IMG/VR virus record: IMGVR_UViG_3300044645_001399
Span: 1 to 37,513 of that record
Length of the DNA stretch: 37,513 nucleotides
Source: a virus
Lineage: Duplodnaviria > Caudoviricetes
Reading direction: 5' to 3' (one strand)
The notes under the pieces were generated by a model. It had not been told where the DNA came from, ran no database searches, and saw nothing but the letters and a program-made list of their open reading frames with translations. A program made the translations under genes and the position numbers. Below are positions 1-7,655 of the stretch, piece after piece (positions within the stretch are counted from its first letter, which is position 1; the number at the start of each line of letters is the position of its first letter).

Positions 1-1
1 T

Positions 2-223
2 AGCGACACTCAATGCACTGTAAGGTTTAGCGGAGCAAGTACAACGATCAACGAAAGCAGCTCCGCCCCGGCAGCGGTTCCTATTGATGTTTTCTCTAGG
101 AACGGCGGCGATTTCTCCAACGCCCGCCTCGCCTTCTACAGCATAGGCGAGGCCCTGGACCTCGCCCTACTTGACGCCCGCGTGACCACCCTAATCAACG
201 CATTCGGAGCTGTTATCCCATGA
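2..223 (+). CDS. 3' end of a putative virion-associated protein (5'-truncated by the window)
   Basis: Open frame from nt 2 ending ...FSNARLAFYSIGEALDLALLDARVTTLINAFGAVIP-TGA(221-223). The C-terminal motif is recalled from freshwater cyanophage-like proteins. Stop overlaps the next ATG (ATGA). Confidence 0.7.
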   Translation, partial: SDTQCTVRFSGASTTINESSSAPAAVPIDVFSRNGGDFSNARLAFYSIGEALDLALLDARVTTLINAFGAVIP

Positions 224-324
224 CCTGGACTGATGTCGCAATGATCGCCGTGATGATGGCCCCAGTTAGCGTTGCCGTTGCGGTGCTGCTGGTGGCGCTG
301 CTGCGAATTGGATGGGTCGAGTGA
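220..324 (+). CDS. Small single-pass membrane protein (34 aa)
   Basis: Manual translation MTWTDVAMIAVMMAPVSVAVAVLLVALLRIGWVE. ATGA overlap upstream and TGATG overlap downstream. Below the ORF-track cutoff. Confidence 0.6.
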   Translation: MTWTDVAMIAVMMAPVSVAVAVLLVALLRIGWVE

Positions 325-470
325 TGCCCTATCTAATCCGCTTCACCGCGGCCGTTGCACTGGTGGCCGGCCTGCTGGGCTGGCTGCTGAGTGCCGTGCC
401 CCTACCAGTGGCGCTGGGCGTCGCGGTCGTCTGCGCTTGGGTGGTGTTCGATCTGGTGCAGCCTTTTTAG
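324..470 (+). CDS. Small two-helix membrane protein (48 aa)
   Basis: Manual translation MPYLIRFTAAVALVAGLLGWLLSAVPLPVALGVAVVCAWVVFDLVQPF. Translationally coupled to the previous ORF. Confidence 0.6.
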   Translation: MPYLIRFTAAVALVAGLLGWLLSAVPLPVALGVAVVCAWVVFDLVQPF

Positions 471-476
471 CCTGAG
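468..476 (+). promoter_or_regulatory. TAGCCTGAG motif (putative late promoter -10 element)
   Basis: Exact 9-mer that recurs at several gene boundaries; ATG at 480. Confidence 0.5.
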
Positions 477-479
477 CCC

Positions 480-929
480 ATGGCAAGTATCCGCGAACAG
501 ATCCTCGAACGCATCCGTAGCGTCACCCTTCCCGGCACGGTGCAGGTGGGCCAGCGGATCTACCGCAGCCGTGCGCAGGCCTACTCCAAGTCCGAGGCGC
601 CAGCGATCACGATCAGCCCCGGCGAAGACAACCCGGTCAACGCACCACGCACCATCGGCGCCGGCCTGGGGCGCCTGGATCAGGCGCTGCCGGTACTGGT
701 TGAAATCTATGTGCGCGGCGACGTGCCCGACCAGCTAGCGGACCCGATCGGCGTTGACGTGCACGCCCGGATGATGGCCGACCGCACGATGGGCGGCCTA
801 GCCCATGACGTGCAGCCCGATGGCTTCCGGCCTGAGTATGAGCAGGCTGACGCCTCTGCTGGGTGGATGCAGTATCGGTTCCTGATCCGGTATCGCACCC
901 GAGACGACGCGATCGATCAGCTGCCCTGA
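480..929 (+). CDS. Tail terminator / tail completion protein
   Basis: 149 aa, N-terminal SIREQI motif, IYRSR..., C-terminal YLIRYRT-like strand; directly upstream of the tail tube gene. Confidence 0.75.
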   Translation: MASIREQILERIRSVTLPGTVQVGQRIYRSRAQAYSKSEAPAITISPGEDNPVNAPRTIGAGLGRLDQALPVLVEIYVRGDVPDQLADPIGVDVHARMMADRTMGGLAHDVQPDGFRPEYEQADASAGWMQYRFLIRYRTRDDAIDQLP

Positions 930-940
930 GCCGGCCTCCG

Positions 941-949
941 TAGCCTGAG
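941..949 (+). promoter_or_regulatory. TAGCCTGAG motif (putative late promoter) inside inverted repeat GGCCTC/GAGGCC (933-952)
   Basis: Intergenic exact copy upstream of the tail tube unit. Confidence 0.55.
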
Positions 950-972
950 GCCAGGACGCTCAGCCCCCATCC

Positions 973-1113
973 ATGGCGGAACAATTCGAGCACCACGGCG
1001 AGTCTGGTGAGTACGTGATGCTCCCCAGCGGCGAGATGGTGTCTGCTGCTGACTACCAGCCGCCCAAAGCTGAGCCCGCCAAGCCCGCCCAACCCAGCAA
1101 GGCCAAGGACTGA
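973..1113 (+). CDS. Small hypothetical protein preceding the tail tube (46 aa)
   Basis: Manual translation MAEQFEHHGESGEYVMLPSGEMVSAADYQPPKAEPAKPAQPSKAKD; TGATG overlap with the tube gene. Confidence 0.7.
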   Translation: MAEQFEHHGESGEYVMLPSGEMVSAADYQPPKAEPAKPAQPSKAKD

Positions 1114-2297
1114 TGACTGCTCTCCTGATCCGTAATTCGTTCTTGCTGGCCAAGACGGAAACCGCTTACGGCACCCTGGCCAGCGCGATCGGCGCCACCG
1201 ATGCAGTGAAGATCACCTCGCTGGAAGTGAACCCGTACACCGGCACCCGAGTCGAACGGGACTTGATCAAGGGGTTCCTCGGCGCTGACCGTCAGCCGCT
1301 CACCAATGAGCACGTCGCCGTCACGGTGACATTCGAGTGGGGCGGCTCCGGTGTTGCTGCCACCGCACCCCGGTTCTCTCCGCTGCTGCTGGCGGCCGGC
1401 ATGAATCTGGCCGCATCGGCTGAGATCTCCGGCACGGCCACTGCAGGCGGCGCCAACACTATCACCCTGGCGAACCTGGGCGGCAGCAACCCAGCGACTG
1501 ACGCCTACGTGGGTTTCCCGATTGAGATCACCAGCGGCGCCAATGCCGGTGACAAGGGCGTGATCGTGGCCCACAACGGCACTACCCGAGAGGTGACGGT
1601 GGTGGCGTCCACGGCATCGTTCACCGGTGGCACAGTGAACTACAAGATTCCCGCGCTGTCGCTCTACCAGCCGATCAGCACCTTTGGCAACGGCTCTAGC
1701 TGCACGCTGGTGGCGGTGAAGGATCAGAACGTGCACCGCATCGAAGGCTTCCGCGGCTCCCCAGCGCTCAACTCACCGCTGAACAGCTACGGCACCTTCA
1801 CGATCACCGGCATCGGCAAGTACGTCACCCCGACCGCAAAGAGCGCCGAGGCCTTCACCTACGGCAACCAGGCCGAGCCGGTGCCCGTCACCCCGCGCCA
1901 CACCAAGGCGCTGCGGTTCCAGGGCTACGGGCCCTGCACCGAGGGCTTCACCTTCGACTGGGGTCTCACTACCTCGTTCCGTTCGCTGATCAACTGCGAG
2001 CCTCGCGCCCGTATCACCGATCGCCCGAACCCCAATGGAACGCTGACGATTGAAAATCCGCCGGTTGCGACCAAAAACTACTTCACTGCTGCTGCTGACA
2101 ACAGCGGCGCCAGCGATGGCCCGTTCGTGGTGCAACAGGGTACGGCAGCAACGGAAAGCTCCATCTTCTTCTGCCCGAAGGCTGCGATTAGCGGCGATCT
2201 GTCGTTCAGCGATTCCGATGGAATCGACATGCTGCAGATCCCGTTTACTGCGCTGCCCAAGACGCAGAACGACGAAACCCGCCTGATCTTCTTCTGA
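1113..2297 (+). CDS. Major tail tube protein with an internal extra domain
   Basis: 394 aa; LLAKTETAYG, VERDLIKGFLG, GSGVAATAP, IEGFRG, SDSDGIDMLQIPF motifs typical of siphovirus tube proteins; precedes chaperones and tape measure. Confidence 0.85.
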   Translation: MTALLIRNSFLLAKTETAYGTLASAIGATDAVKITSLEVNPYTGTRVERDLIKGFLGADRQPLTNEHVAVTVTFEWGGSGVAATAPRFSPLLLAAGMNLAASAEISGTATAGGANTITLANLGGSNPATDAYVGFPIEITSGANAGDKGVIVAHNGTTREVTVVASTASFTGGTVNYKIPALSLYQPISTFGNGSSCTLVAVKDQNVHRIEGFRGSPALNSPLNSYGTFTITGIGKYVTPTAKSAEAFTYGNQAEPVPVTPRHTKALRFQGYGPCTEGFTFDWGLTTSFRSLINCEPRARITDRPNPNGTLTIENPPVATKNYFTAAADNSGASDGPFVVQQGTAATESSIFFCPKAAISGDLSFSDSDGIDMLQIPFTALPKTQNDETRLIFF

Positions 2298-2303
2298 TTC
2301 GCC

Positions 2304-2759
2304 ATGTTCCACCTGTTTCAGCCCGACCACATCGAATGGCCGGTGAGTGTTGACCTGCCGGCCAAAGGTGGAGTCAAGAAGCCCTACAAGTTCACCGCTC
2401 ATTTCAGCGTTCTCGATGAGCAGGACGCGCAGGCGCTGCAGGATCAGCACAATCAGATGTTGGTGGCGATGCGTAAGCGCATTGAGGCGCTGCAGGGCTA
2501 CGCCAAGGATGAGGAAGCCTCGCTGAGCGACCCGCTGCCCTGCACCTATCAGGACCTGGCTGATGAGGTGCTCTGCGGCTGGGGTGATGAGGTGGTGGGC
2601 GAGGATGGCGAGCCGATCGAGTTCAGCGACGCCACTAAAGCCCAGCTCTACCGGGTGCAGGGCGCCAGCGCTGCAATCTTCAAGGCCTGGCTTGAAAGCC
2701 TGGGCCAGCCCTCTGAGAAGGCCGCCGCGAAGGCTGGAGGGTTCCGCGCAAAAAACTGA
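2304..2759 (+). CDS. Tail assembly chaperone (lambda gpG-like role)
   Basis: 151 aa; WPVSVDLP..., VLCGW..V..EDGEPIEFS; ends AKN at a slippery site; lies between tube and tape measure. Confidence 0.85.
   Translation: MFHLFQPDHIEWPVSVDLPAKGGVKKPYKFTAHFSVLDEQDAQALQDQHNQMLVAMRKRIEALQGYAKDEEASLSDPLPCTYQDLADEVLCGWGDEVVGEDGEPIEFSDATKAQLYRVQGASAAIFKAWLESLGQPSEKAAAKAGGFRAKN
2750..2756 (+). promoter_or_regulatory. Programmed -1 ribosomal frameshift site A AAA AAC
   Basis: X-XXY-YYZ heptamer directly before stop TGA (2757-2759). The -1 frame is open (LIDAARFLAAAAKGD...) and continues in frame into ORF 2840..3103. Confidence 0.85.
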
Positions 2760-3103
2760 TCGACGCGGCGCGGTTCCTCGCCGCTGCCGCGAAGGGCGAC
2801 CCAGCCGACGATGGCAAGGATGCGGCTGATGCTGCAGCCATGTTCGGCCTGGCGGTGCCTGAGGTAGAGCGGCGGCCGGAGACGTTCGGCCTGCTGGCGG
2901 AAAACGTCGAGGCGATCGGGTGGTTTATGAAGCTGCAGACCCAGTGGCGGATGGGGATGAATGGCCCTGTGGGGCTGGACTATCAGGTGTTCTTCCTGTG
3001 GGCCAAGGATGAGGGCGTGAAACGCCAGGACCGGCTGTGGCTGCTGGAGGATCTGCGGTTGGTGGAGCGGGAGTTCCTGGGGGTGATGAGGGCGGATCCG
3101 TAG
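2756..3103 (+). CDS. Frameshift extension of the tail assembly chaperone (gpGT-like, DUF1799-like)
   Basis: Open from 2756; contains ENVEAIGWFMKLQTQWRMGMNGPVGLDY...DLRLVERE; internal ATG at 2840. Confidence 0.8.
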   Translation: MIDAARFLAAAAKGDPADDGKDAADAAAMFGLAVPEVERRPETFGLLAENVEAIGWFMKLQTQWRMGMNGPVGLDYQVFFLWAKDEGVKRQDRLWLLEDLRLVEREFLGVMRADP

Positions 3104-3108
3104 GCTGA
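3101..3108 (+). promoter_or_regulatory. TAGGCTGA variant of the putative late promoter motif
   Basis: CCGTAGGCTGA upstream of the tape measure ATG (3135), flanked by GATC/GATC; overlaps the upstream stop. Confidence 0.45.
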
Positions 3109-3134
3109 TCTCAGGAATGGCGATCGGATAATCA

Positions 3135-6100
3135 ATGGCCCGAATGAGCCTGGATACCGCCATCCGGCTCTCAGCCGAGGTGAAGGGCGGCGGGAATATC
3201 GACCGGGTGAAGAAGTCGCTGCAGGATCTGGGCAAGAACAGCCAGACCACGGCACGCGAGATCAGCACCTTGCGGGCGGCCACGTTCCAGTTCGCCCGCG
3301 CCAACGACAACACGATCGCCGGGATCCGCAGCAGCATTGGCGCATTCCGTGGCCTGCAGGAGCAGGCCAAGATCGGCAGCAGGGAGTTTCAGCGGTACGG
3401 CGCCGAGATCCAAAAGCTCGAAGGGAAGCTGCGGGGGCTCGACACCACGGCCACCGCAGCTGGTGATTCGATGGGCCGCAGGTTGGCGGCAGGCCTCGCC
3501 AGCAGCCTGGCTACCATCGGCGCTGGCAGGGCCATTGGCGGATCGCTGGGCGCCGTGGTGGCGAGTGAGGAATCAGAGCGGCGGTTGAGGTCGCTGTCGC
3601 AGGGGCTTGACGATTACAGCAGGGTGCAGGCCGCCGCCACTGCTGCTGCGCAAAAGTTCGGCACTGCGCAGACGCAGGCCAATCAAGAGTTCGCGCAGAT
3701 CTACGCCAGGCTGCGGCCAATCGGGCTGACGCTGGAGGAAGTCAGCACCGTCTACAACGGATTCAACACGGCGGCCAAGCTGAGCGGCACCACCTCAACT
3801 GAGGCAAGCGCGGCGTTCCTGCAGCTGAGCCAGGCGCTGGGCACTGGCGTCCTGCGCGGCGAAGAGCTGAACAGCGTCTTTGAGCAGACCCCGGCAGTGG
3901 TGCAGAGCATCGCTCAGGTGATGGGTGTGCCGATCGGCCAGATCCGCGAGCTGGCGAAGGAAGGCAAAATCACCGGCGACATCGTGTTGACAGCCTTAGG
4001 GCGGATTGAACGCGACGGCGCCCCCAAGCTGGCCGAGGCGATGAAGGGCCCGGCGCAACAGTTCCGCAACCTGCAGATTGCGGGGCAGGAGCTGCAGATC
4101 GAGATCGGAGAGGCGCTGCTGCCCACGGCGCTGGCGATGGCCAAGGCGGCAACCCAGCTGCTGCAGGAAGTCAACAAGCTCCCCGAGCCGGTGCGCAATG
4201 TGGGCGTGGCAGCGGCGGCGGCTGGTGTGGCCGTCGTGAGCCTGACCACGGCAATGAACGCCATCGGCGGGATTCGGGCCGCCACTGCAGCCCTGAACGC
4301 CTACACCGCCTCCGCTACTGCCGCCGGCACCGCATCAACCGCCGCGGCCACCAGTGCCGGCCGGCTGCTGACGGTACTGGGCACGCTGGGCAAAATCGGC
4401 CTGATCACGATCGGCGTGAAGTTCGCGATCGAGGGCCTTGACGAGCTGCTCACCGGACTGGTGGGCGTGCAGGATGCAGAGGCCGCGGCCAAGGCGATGG
4501 CCGAGCGTCGGGGCCTGACCTACACGCCGAGCGCTGCGGTGACGCGCAGGAATCAGGCATCAAGCGCCTACGTGTCGCGTTTTGCCGGGGCCCGCGATGC
4601 GGCGTTTGCCCGTGCGCAGCAGATCACAGGCGTGCCGGCCGCTGCAGTGCCGCTGCCGGTTGTGCCGGCTGGTGGAGGGGCGGGTGCTGGGGCCGGGCGC
4701 CAACCCACCGCCGCTGCCGCCCCGAGGTTTGAGATCTCCAGCCGCGGCAAGGCGCTGGTTGCTGCGGCTCAAAAGCTCGGCGTCAGCCCGCTCGACCTGG
4801 CGACGATCATCAGCTTTGAGACCGCCGGCACCTTCAGCCCGTCAATCCGTGGCGGCGCTGGCGGCAACTACCAGGGCCTGATCCAGTTCGGCGCACCTGA
4901 ACGGCGGCAGTACGGCGTCACTCCCGGCCAGTCGTTCGAGGAGCAGGTAATGGGGCCCGTCGTGCGGTACTTCCAAGACCGCTTCAAGGGTGTGGGCATG
5001 AGCACCCAAGGGGCCAGCCTGTTGGATCTCTATACCACCGTACTGGCCGGCAACCCTCGCGCCAATCGCAACGCCCGCGACTCATTCGGCACTAGCGCCG
5101 TGAGCGGAGTGCAACGGATGGGGCCGCATCGCCAGAAAGCGCTGAGCACATTCTTTGGGGGCTCAATGGAAAATATTGGGTTTGGCGCTGTCGAACAGGC
5201 GCAAGCTCAAGTCGCCGGCTACGAGGAAAGCATGGCCGCAATGGAGCAACTCCAAGAACAGCAAGCCGCCGCACAGAAACAGCTCGAACAGTTCAACGAA
5301 GAACGGGCCAAGACCGCCTTGCAGCTTTATAACGAAAGGAGCTTGCTAGGTGCCACAACCGATGAGCAGCGCCGCCGGTTAGAGTTAGAAATTGAGATTG
5401 ACAATATCACCCAGCAGCATTTTGAGAAGCTGCAGAACCTGAAGGCGATTGAAGAGGAAATCGCCCGGCTCGGCGGCGTGGCTGAAACCGCCGCCATCCG
5501 CGAAGGACTGGAGCGCGAAAAGGAGCAACAGCTGGCACTGGCTCGGCTCAGGGCAGAACAGGATCTGAACGAGATCCTGATGGAGCGCCGGCGCATGATG
5601 CAAGACCTCGCCCGCCAAGCATCCGAGCCGACGGTGTTTAACGTGCTGGAGCAGCAGAAGGCGCAGCTCGATGAGATCCTGCAGAAGTACCCGGCGATTG
5701 GCCAAGCGGCTGATGCTGCGGCCACCCTGGCGACCAACGGCATGGCGGAGATGATCGCCGGCACCAAGTCCGCCAAGGAGGTGTTCGCCGACTTCCTGCA
5801 GGGCATCGCCAGCGCGCTGATTGACACGGCAAAGAAGATGATCGCCCAGTACATCGCCATCGGCATCGCCCGGATGTTCGCTGGGATCGGTGGATCTGCA
5901 GTTGGCGGGTTCTCTGGTTCCTCTGTCGGCCCGTTCGGCGCTGGTGGCATCAGCCCCGCCCTCAGCTTCCCCACTACCGGCTTCGCCAACGGCGGCATCA
6001 TGTCCCCATCCGGCCCGCTGCCGCTGAAGGCCTACTCTCGCGGTGGCGTCGCCAGCACCCCCCAGGTGGCCCTATTCGGCGAAGGCTCGATGAATGAGGC

Positions 6101-6410
6101 CTATGTGCCGCTGCCTGATGGCCGCCGGATCCCCGTGGCGCTGCAGGCCCCGGACGGCAACCGTGGCGATCGGATGCGCGAGCTGATGGGTGCATCACCT
6201 GCCGGCAGCAACGCCTCGCCGGTGCTGAGCATGAGCTTCGAGACCACCACGATCAACGGGGTGGAGTACGTCTCCCGTGACCAGCTCGAATCGGCAATGG
6301 CCGAGACCCGCAAGCGTGCCGCCAATGATGGCGCCAAGCGGGGGATGAGCATGACGCTAAACAGACTGCAACAGAGCCCAGCAACCCGTAGCAAGGTGGG
6401 CATCCGCTGA
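3135..6410 (+). CDS. Tape measure protein with an internal lysozyme/transglycosylase-like domain
   Basis: 1091 aa, Ala-rich helical; tape-measure motif [22 protein letters not shown]; C-terminal FANGG...[12 protein letters not shown]; internal [10 protein letters not shown]...YQGLIQFG. Confidence 0.92.
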   Translation: MARMSLDTAIRLSAEVKGGGNIDRVKKSLQDLGKNSQTTAREISTLRAATFQFARANDNTIAGIRSSIGAFRGLQEQAKIGSREFQRYGAEIQKLEGKLRGLDTTATAAGDSMGRRLAAGLASSLATIGAGRAIGGSLGAVVASEESERRLRSLSQGLDDYSRVQAAATAAAQKFGTAQTQANQEFAQIYARLRPIGLTLEEVSTVYNGFNTAAKLSGTTSTEASAAFLQLSQALGTGVLRGEELNSVFEQTPAVVQSIAQVMGVPIGQIRELAKEGKITGDIVLTALGRIERDGAPKLAEAMKGPAQQFRNLQIAGQELQIEIGEALLPTALAMAKAATQLLQEVNKLPEPVRNVGVAAAAAGVAVVSLTTAMNAIGGIRAATAALNAYTASATAAGTASTAAATSAGRLLTVLGTLGKIGLITIGVKFAIEGLDELLTGLVGVQDAEAAAKAMAERRGLTYTPSAAVTRRNQASSAYVSRFAGARDAAFARAQQITGVPAAAVPLPVVPAGGGAGAGAGRQPTAAAAPRFEISSRGKALVAAAQKLGVSPLDLATIISFETAGTFSPSIRGGAGGNYQGLIQFGAPERRQYGVTPGQSFEEQVMGPVVRYFQDRFKGVGMSTQGASLLDLYTTVLAGNPRANRNARDSFGTSAVSGVQRMGPHRQKALSTFFGGSMENIGFGAVEQAQAQVAGYEESMAAMEQLQEQQAAAQKQLEQFNEERAKTALQLYNERSLLGATTDEQRRRLELEIEIDNITQQHFEKLQNLKAIEEEIARLGGVAETAAIREGLEREKEQQLALARLRAEQDLNEILMERRRMMQDLARQASEPTVFNVLEQQKAQLDEILQKYPAIGQAADAAATLATNGMAEMIAGTKSAKEVFADFLQGIASALIDTAKKMIAQYIAIGIARMFAGIGGSAVGGFSGSSVGPFGAGGISPALSFPTTGFANGGIMSPSGPLPLKAYSRGGVASTPQVALFGEGSMNEAYVPLPDGRRIPVALQAPDGNRGDRMRELMGASPAGSNASPVLSMSFETTTINGVEYVSRDQLESAMAETRKRAANDGAKRGMSMTLNRLQQSPATRSKVGIR

Positions 6411-6826
6411 TGGCCGCGACCTTCCCCGATTTGAAACCGAACGAGCGGCAGATGACGCTCGGCACCTACCCAACAAAGGTGTTCCGCACCATGGCGGGCA
6501 CGACGGTAAAGCGCCGGTACGGAAACAAAAAGTTCGGCTATCAGCTGCGCCTCACCTTTGCTAACCGCCGCGATCGGGACATCCTGCAGGTGGTGCGGCA
6601 CTACGAAAACATCGATGAGGACGATCGCTTTGAGCTGCCGCCTGAGACGTTTGCGGGCGTCACCACCACCGGCCAAAGCAGCAGCCCGCAGCGCCCCGGC
6701 TTGCGTTCAATGCTGCGCTCCCCTGACGGCTGCCTGTGGGAGTATGCCGGCCCGCCGTCGATTCAATGGGCCGGCAATGAGATCAGCAGCATCACCGTGG
6801 AGCTGGTGGCCGAGCTGAACGTATGA
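6410..6826 (+). CDS. Minor tail protein (distal-tail/gpM-like position)
   Basis: 138 aa immediately after the tape measure; FPDLKP, LRLTFAN, WEYAGPP, SITVEL pattern. Confidence 0.65.
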   Translation: MAATFPDLKPNERQMTLGTYPTKVFRTMAGTTVKRRYGNKKFGYQLRLTFANRRDRDILQVVRHYENIDEDDRFELPPETFAGVTTTGQSSSPQRPGLRSMLRSPDGCLWEYAGPPSIQWAGNEISSITVELVAELNV

Positions 6827-7287
6827 GCACGATTCGCATCGCTCAGCTGTTCAATCTGCGCACCAGCAGCGGCACCCGGCACCGCTATCAGAACTATTTT
6901 GTCGCCCAGGAGTACACCTACCTAGGCGCCAAGTATGACTTCGCTCCGTTCCAAGTGAGCGGCGCAATGGCCAGCCTGGGCGGCGACAATGAAACCGTGC
7001 AGGTGCTGTTCCCCAGCCTAGAGGTGGTGCTGCGGCTGGTGGAGGAAGGCGACGGCAACCGGCTGAGCGAGTTGACCCTGACCACCCTCTGGCTTAACGC
7101 TACCGGCGCAATCGCCAACCAGTACGAGGATTATTATGTGGGCTCAGGTTCCGGGTTCAACGATGACACGGTGGAGCTGCGGTTCAGATCAGCGATGGAT
7201 TCAGTCGGCAGCAACTTCCCGGCCCGCACACTGACCAGCCAGAACGTGGGCATCCTGCCGCTCAATGCGGAGCTCTACCTCAGATGA
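6823..7287 (+). CDS. Minor tail protein (gpL-like position)
   Basis: 154 aa; RYQNYF, YDFAPF, SAMDSVGSNFPARTL; synteny. Confidence 0.6.
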   Translation: MSTIRIAQLFNLRTSSGTRHRYQNYFVAQEYTYLGAKYDFAPFQVSGAMASLGGDNETVQVLFPSLEVVLRLVEEGDGNRLSELTLTTLWLNATGAIANQYEDYYVGSGSGFNDDTVELRFRSAMDSVGSNFPARTLTSQNVGILPLNAELYLR

Positions 7288-7655
7288 ATGATCTGATCGG
7301 CTTGGCGTATCGGTGGGGCTGCCGGCCTGGTGATGGCAGCGGATGCACGGACTGCTTTCAGCTGGTCTGCGCAGTGCGGCGGCAGCTGGGCCTGCCGGAT
7401 CACGCGGCGCAGTTTGAGTGGGTCTACCGGGAGCACACGGCCGAGACGTTCGGGCTGCTTCACCTGCGGCGGCTGCTGGCCTCTCTGGCCGATCCTGTGG
7501 CCGCGGCCCTACCGGGCGACCCGATCTTGCTGGGCGGCGCTGCAGCGGCGCTGGGCGTCGCGGTGGATGGCGGGGTGATGTTCATTGCCCCTGGACAGAC
7601 TGTGGTGATGACGCCGCTGCCGCAGGGCGCCGGCCAGTGCTACCGGCTGCGATGA
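7284..7655 (+). CDS. NlpC/P60-like tail assembly protein (gpK-like)
   Basis: DLIGLAYRWG...TDCFQLV motif; position before the central tail protein. Confidence 0.7.
   Translation: MNDLIGLAYRWGCRPGDGSGCTDCFQLVCAVRRQLGLPDHAAQFEWVYREHTAETFGLLHLRRLLASLADPVAAALPGDPILLGGAAAALGVAVDGGVMFIAPGQTVVMTPLPQGAGQCYRLR

Noticed and set aside
7418-7651. ORF-track N-terminal extension of the central tail protein
   Set aside because: Overlaps the NlpC/P60-like gene with low-complexity translation; ATG 7652 gives the usual ATGA coupling.
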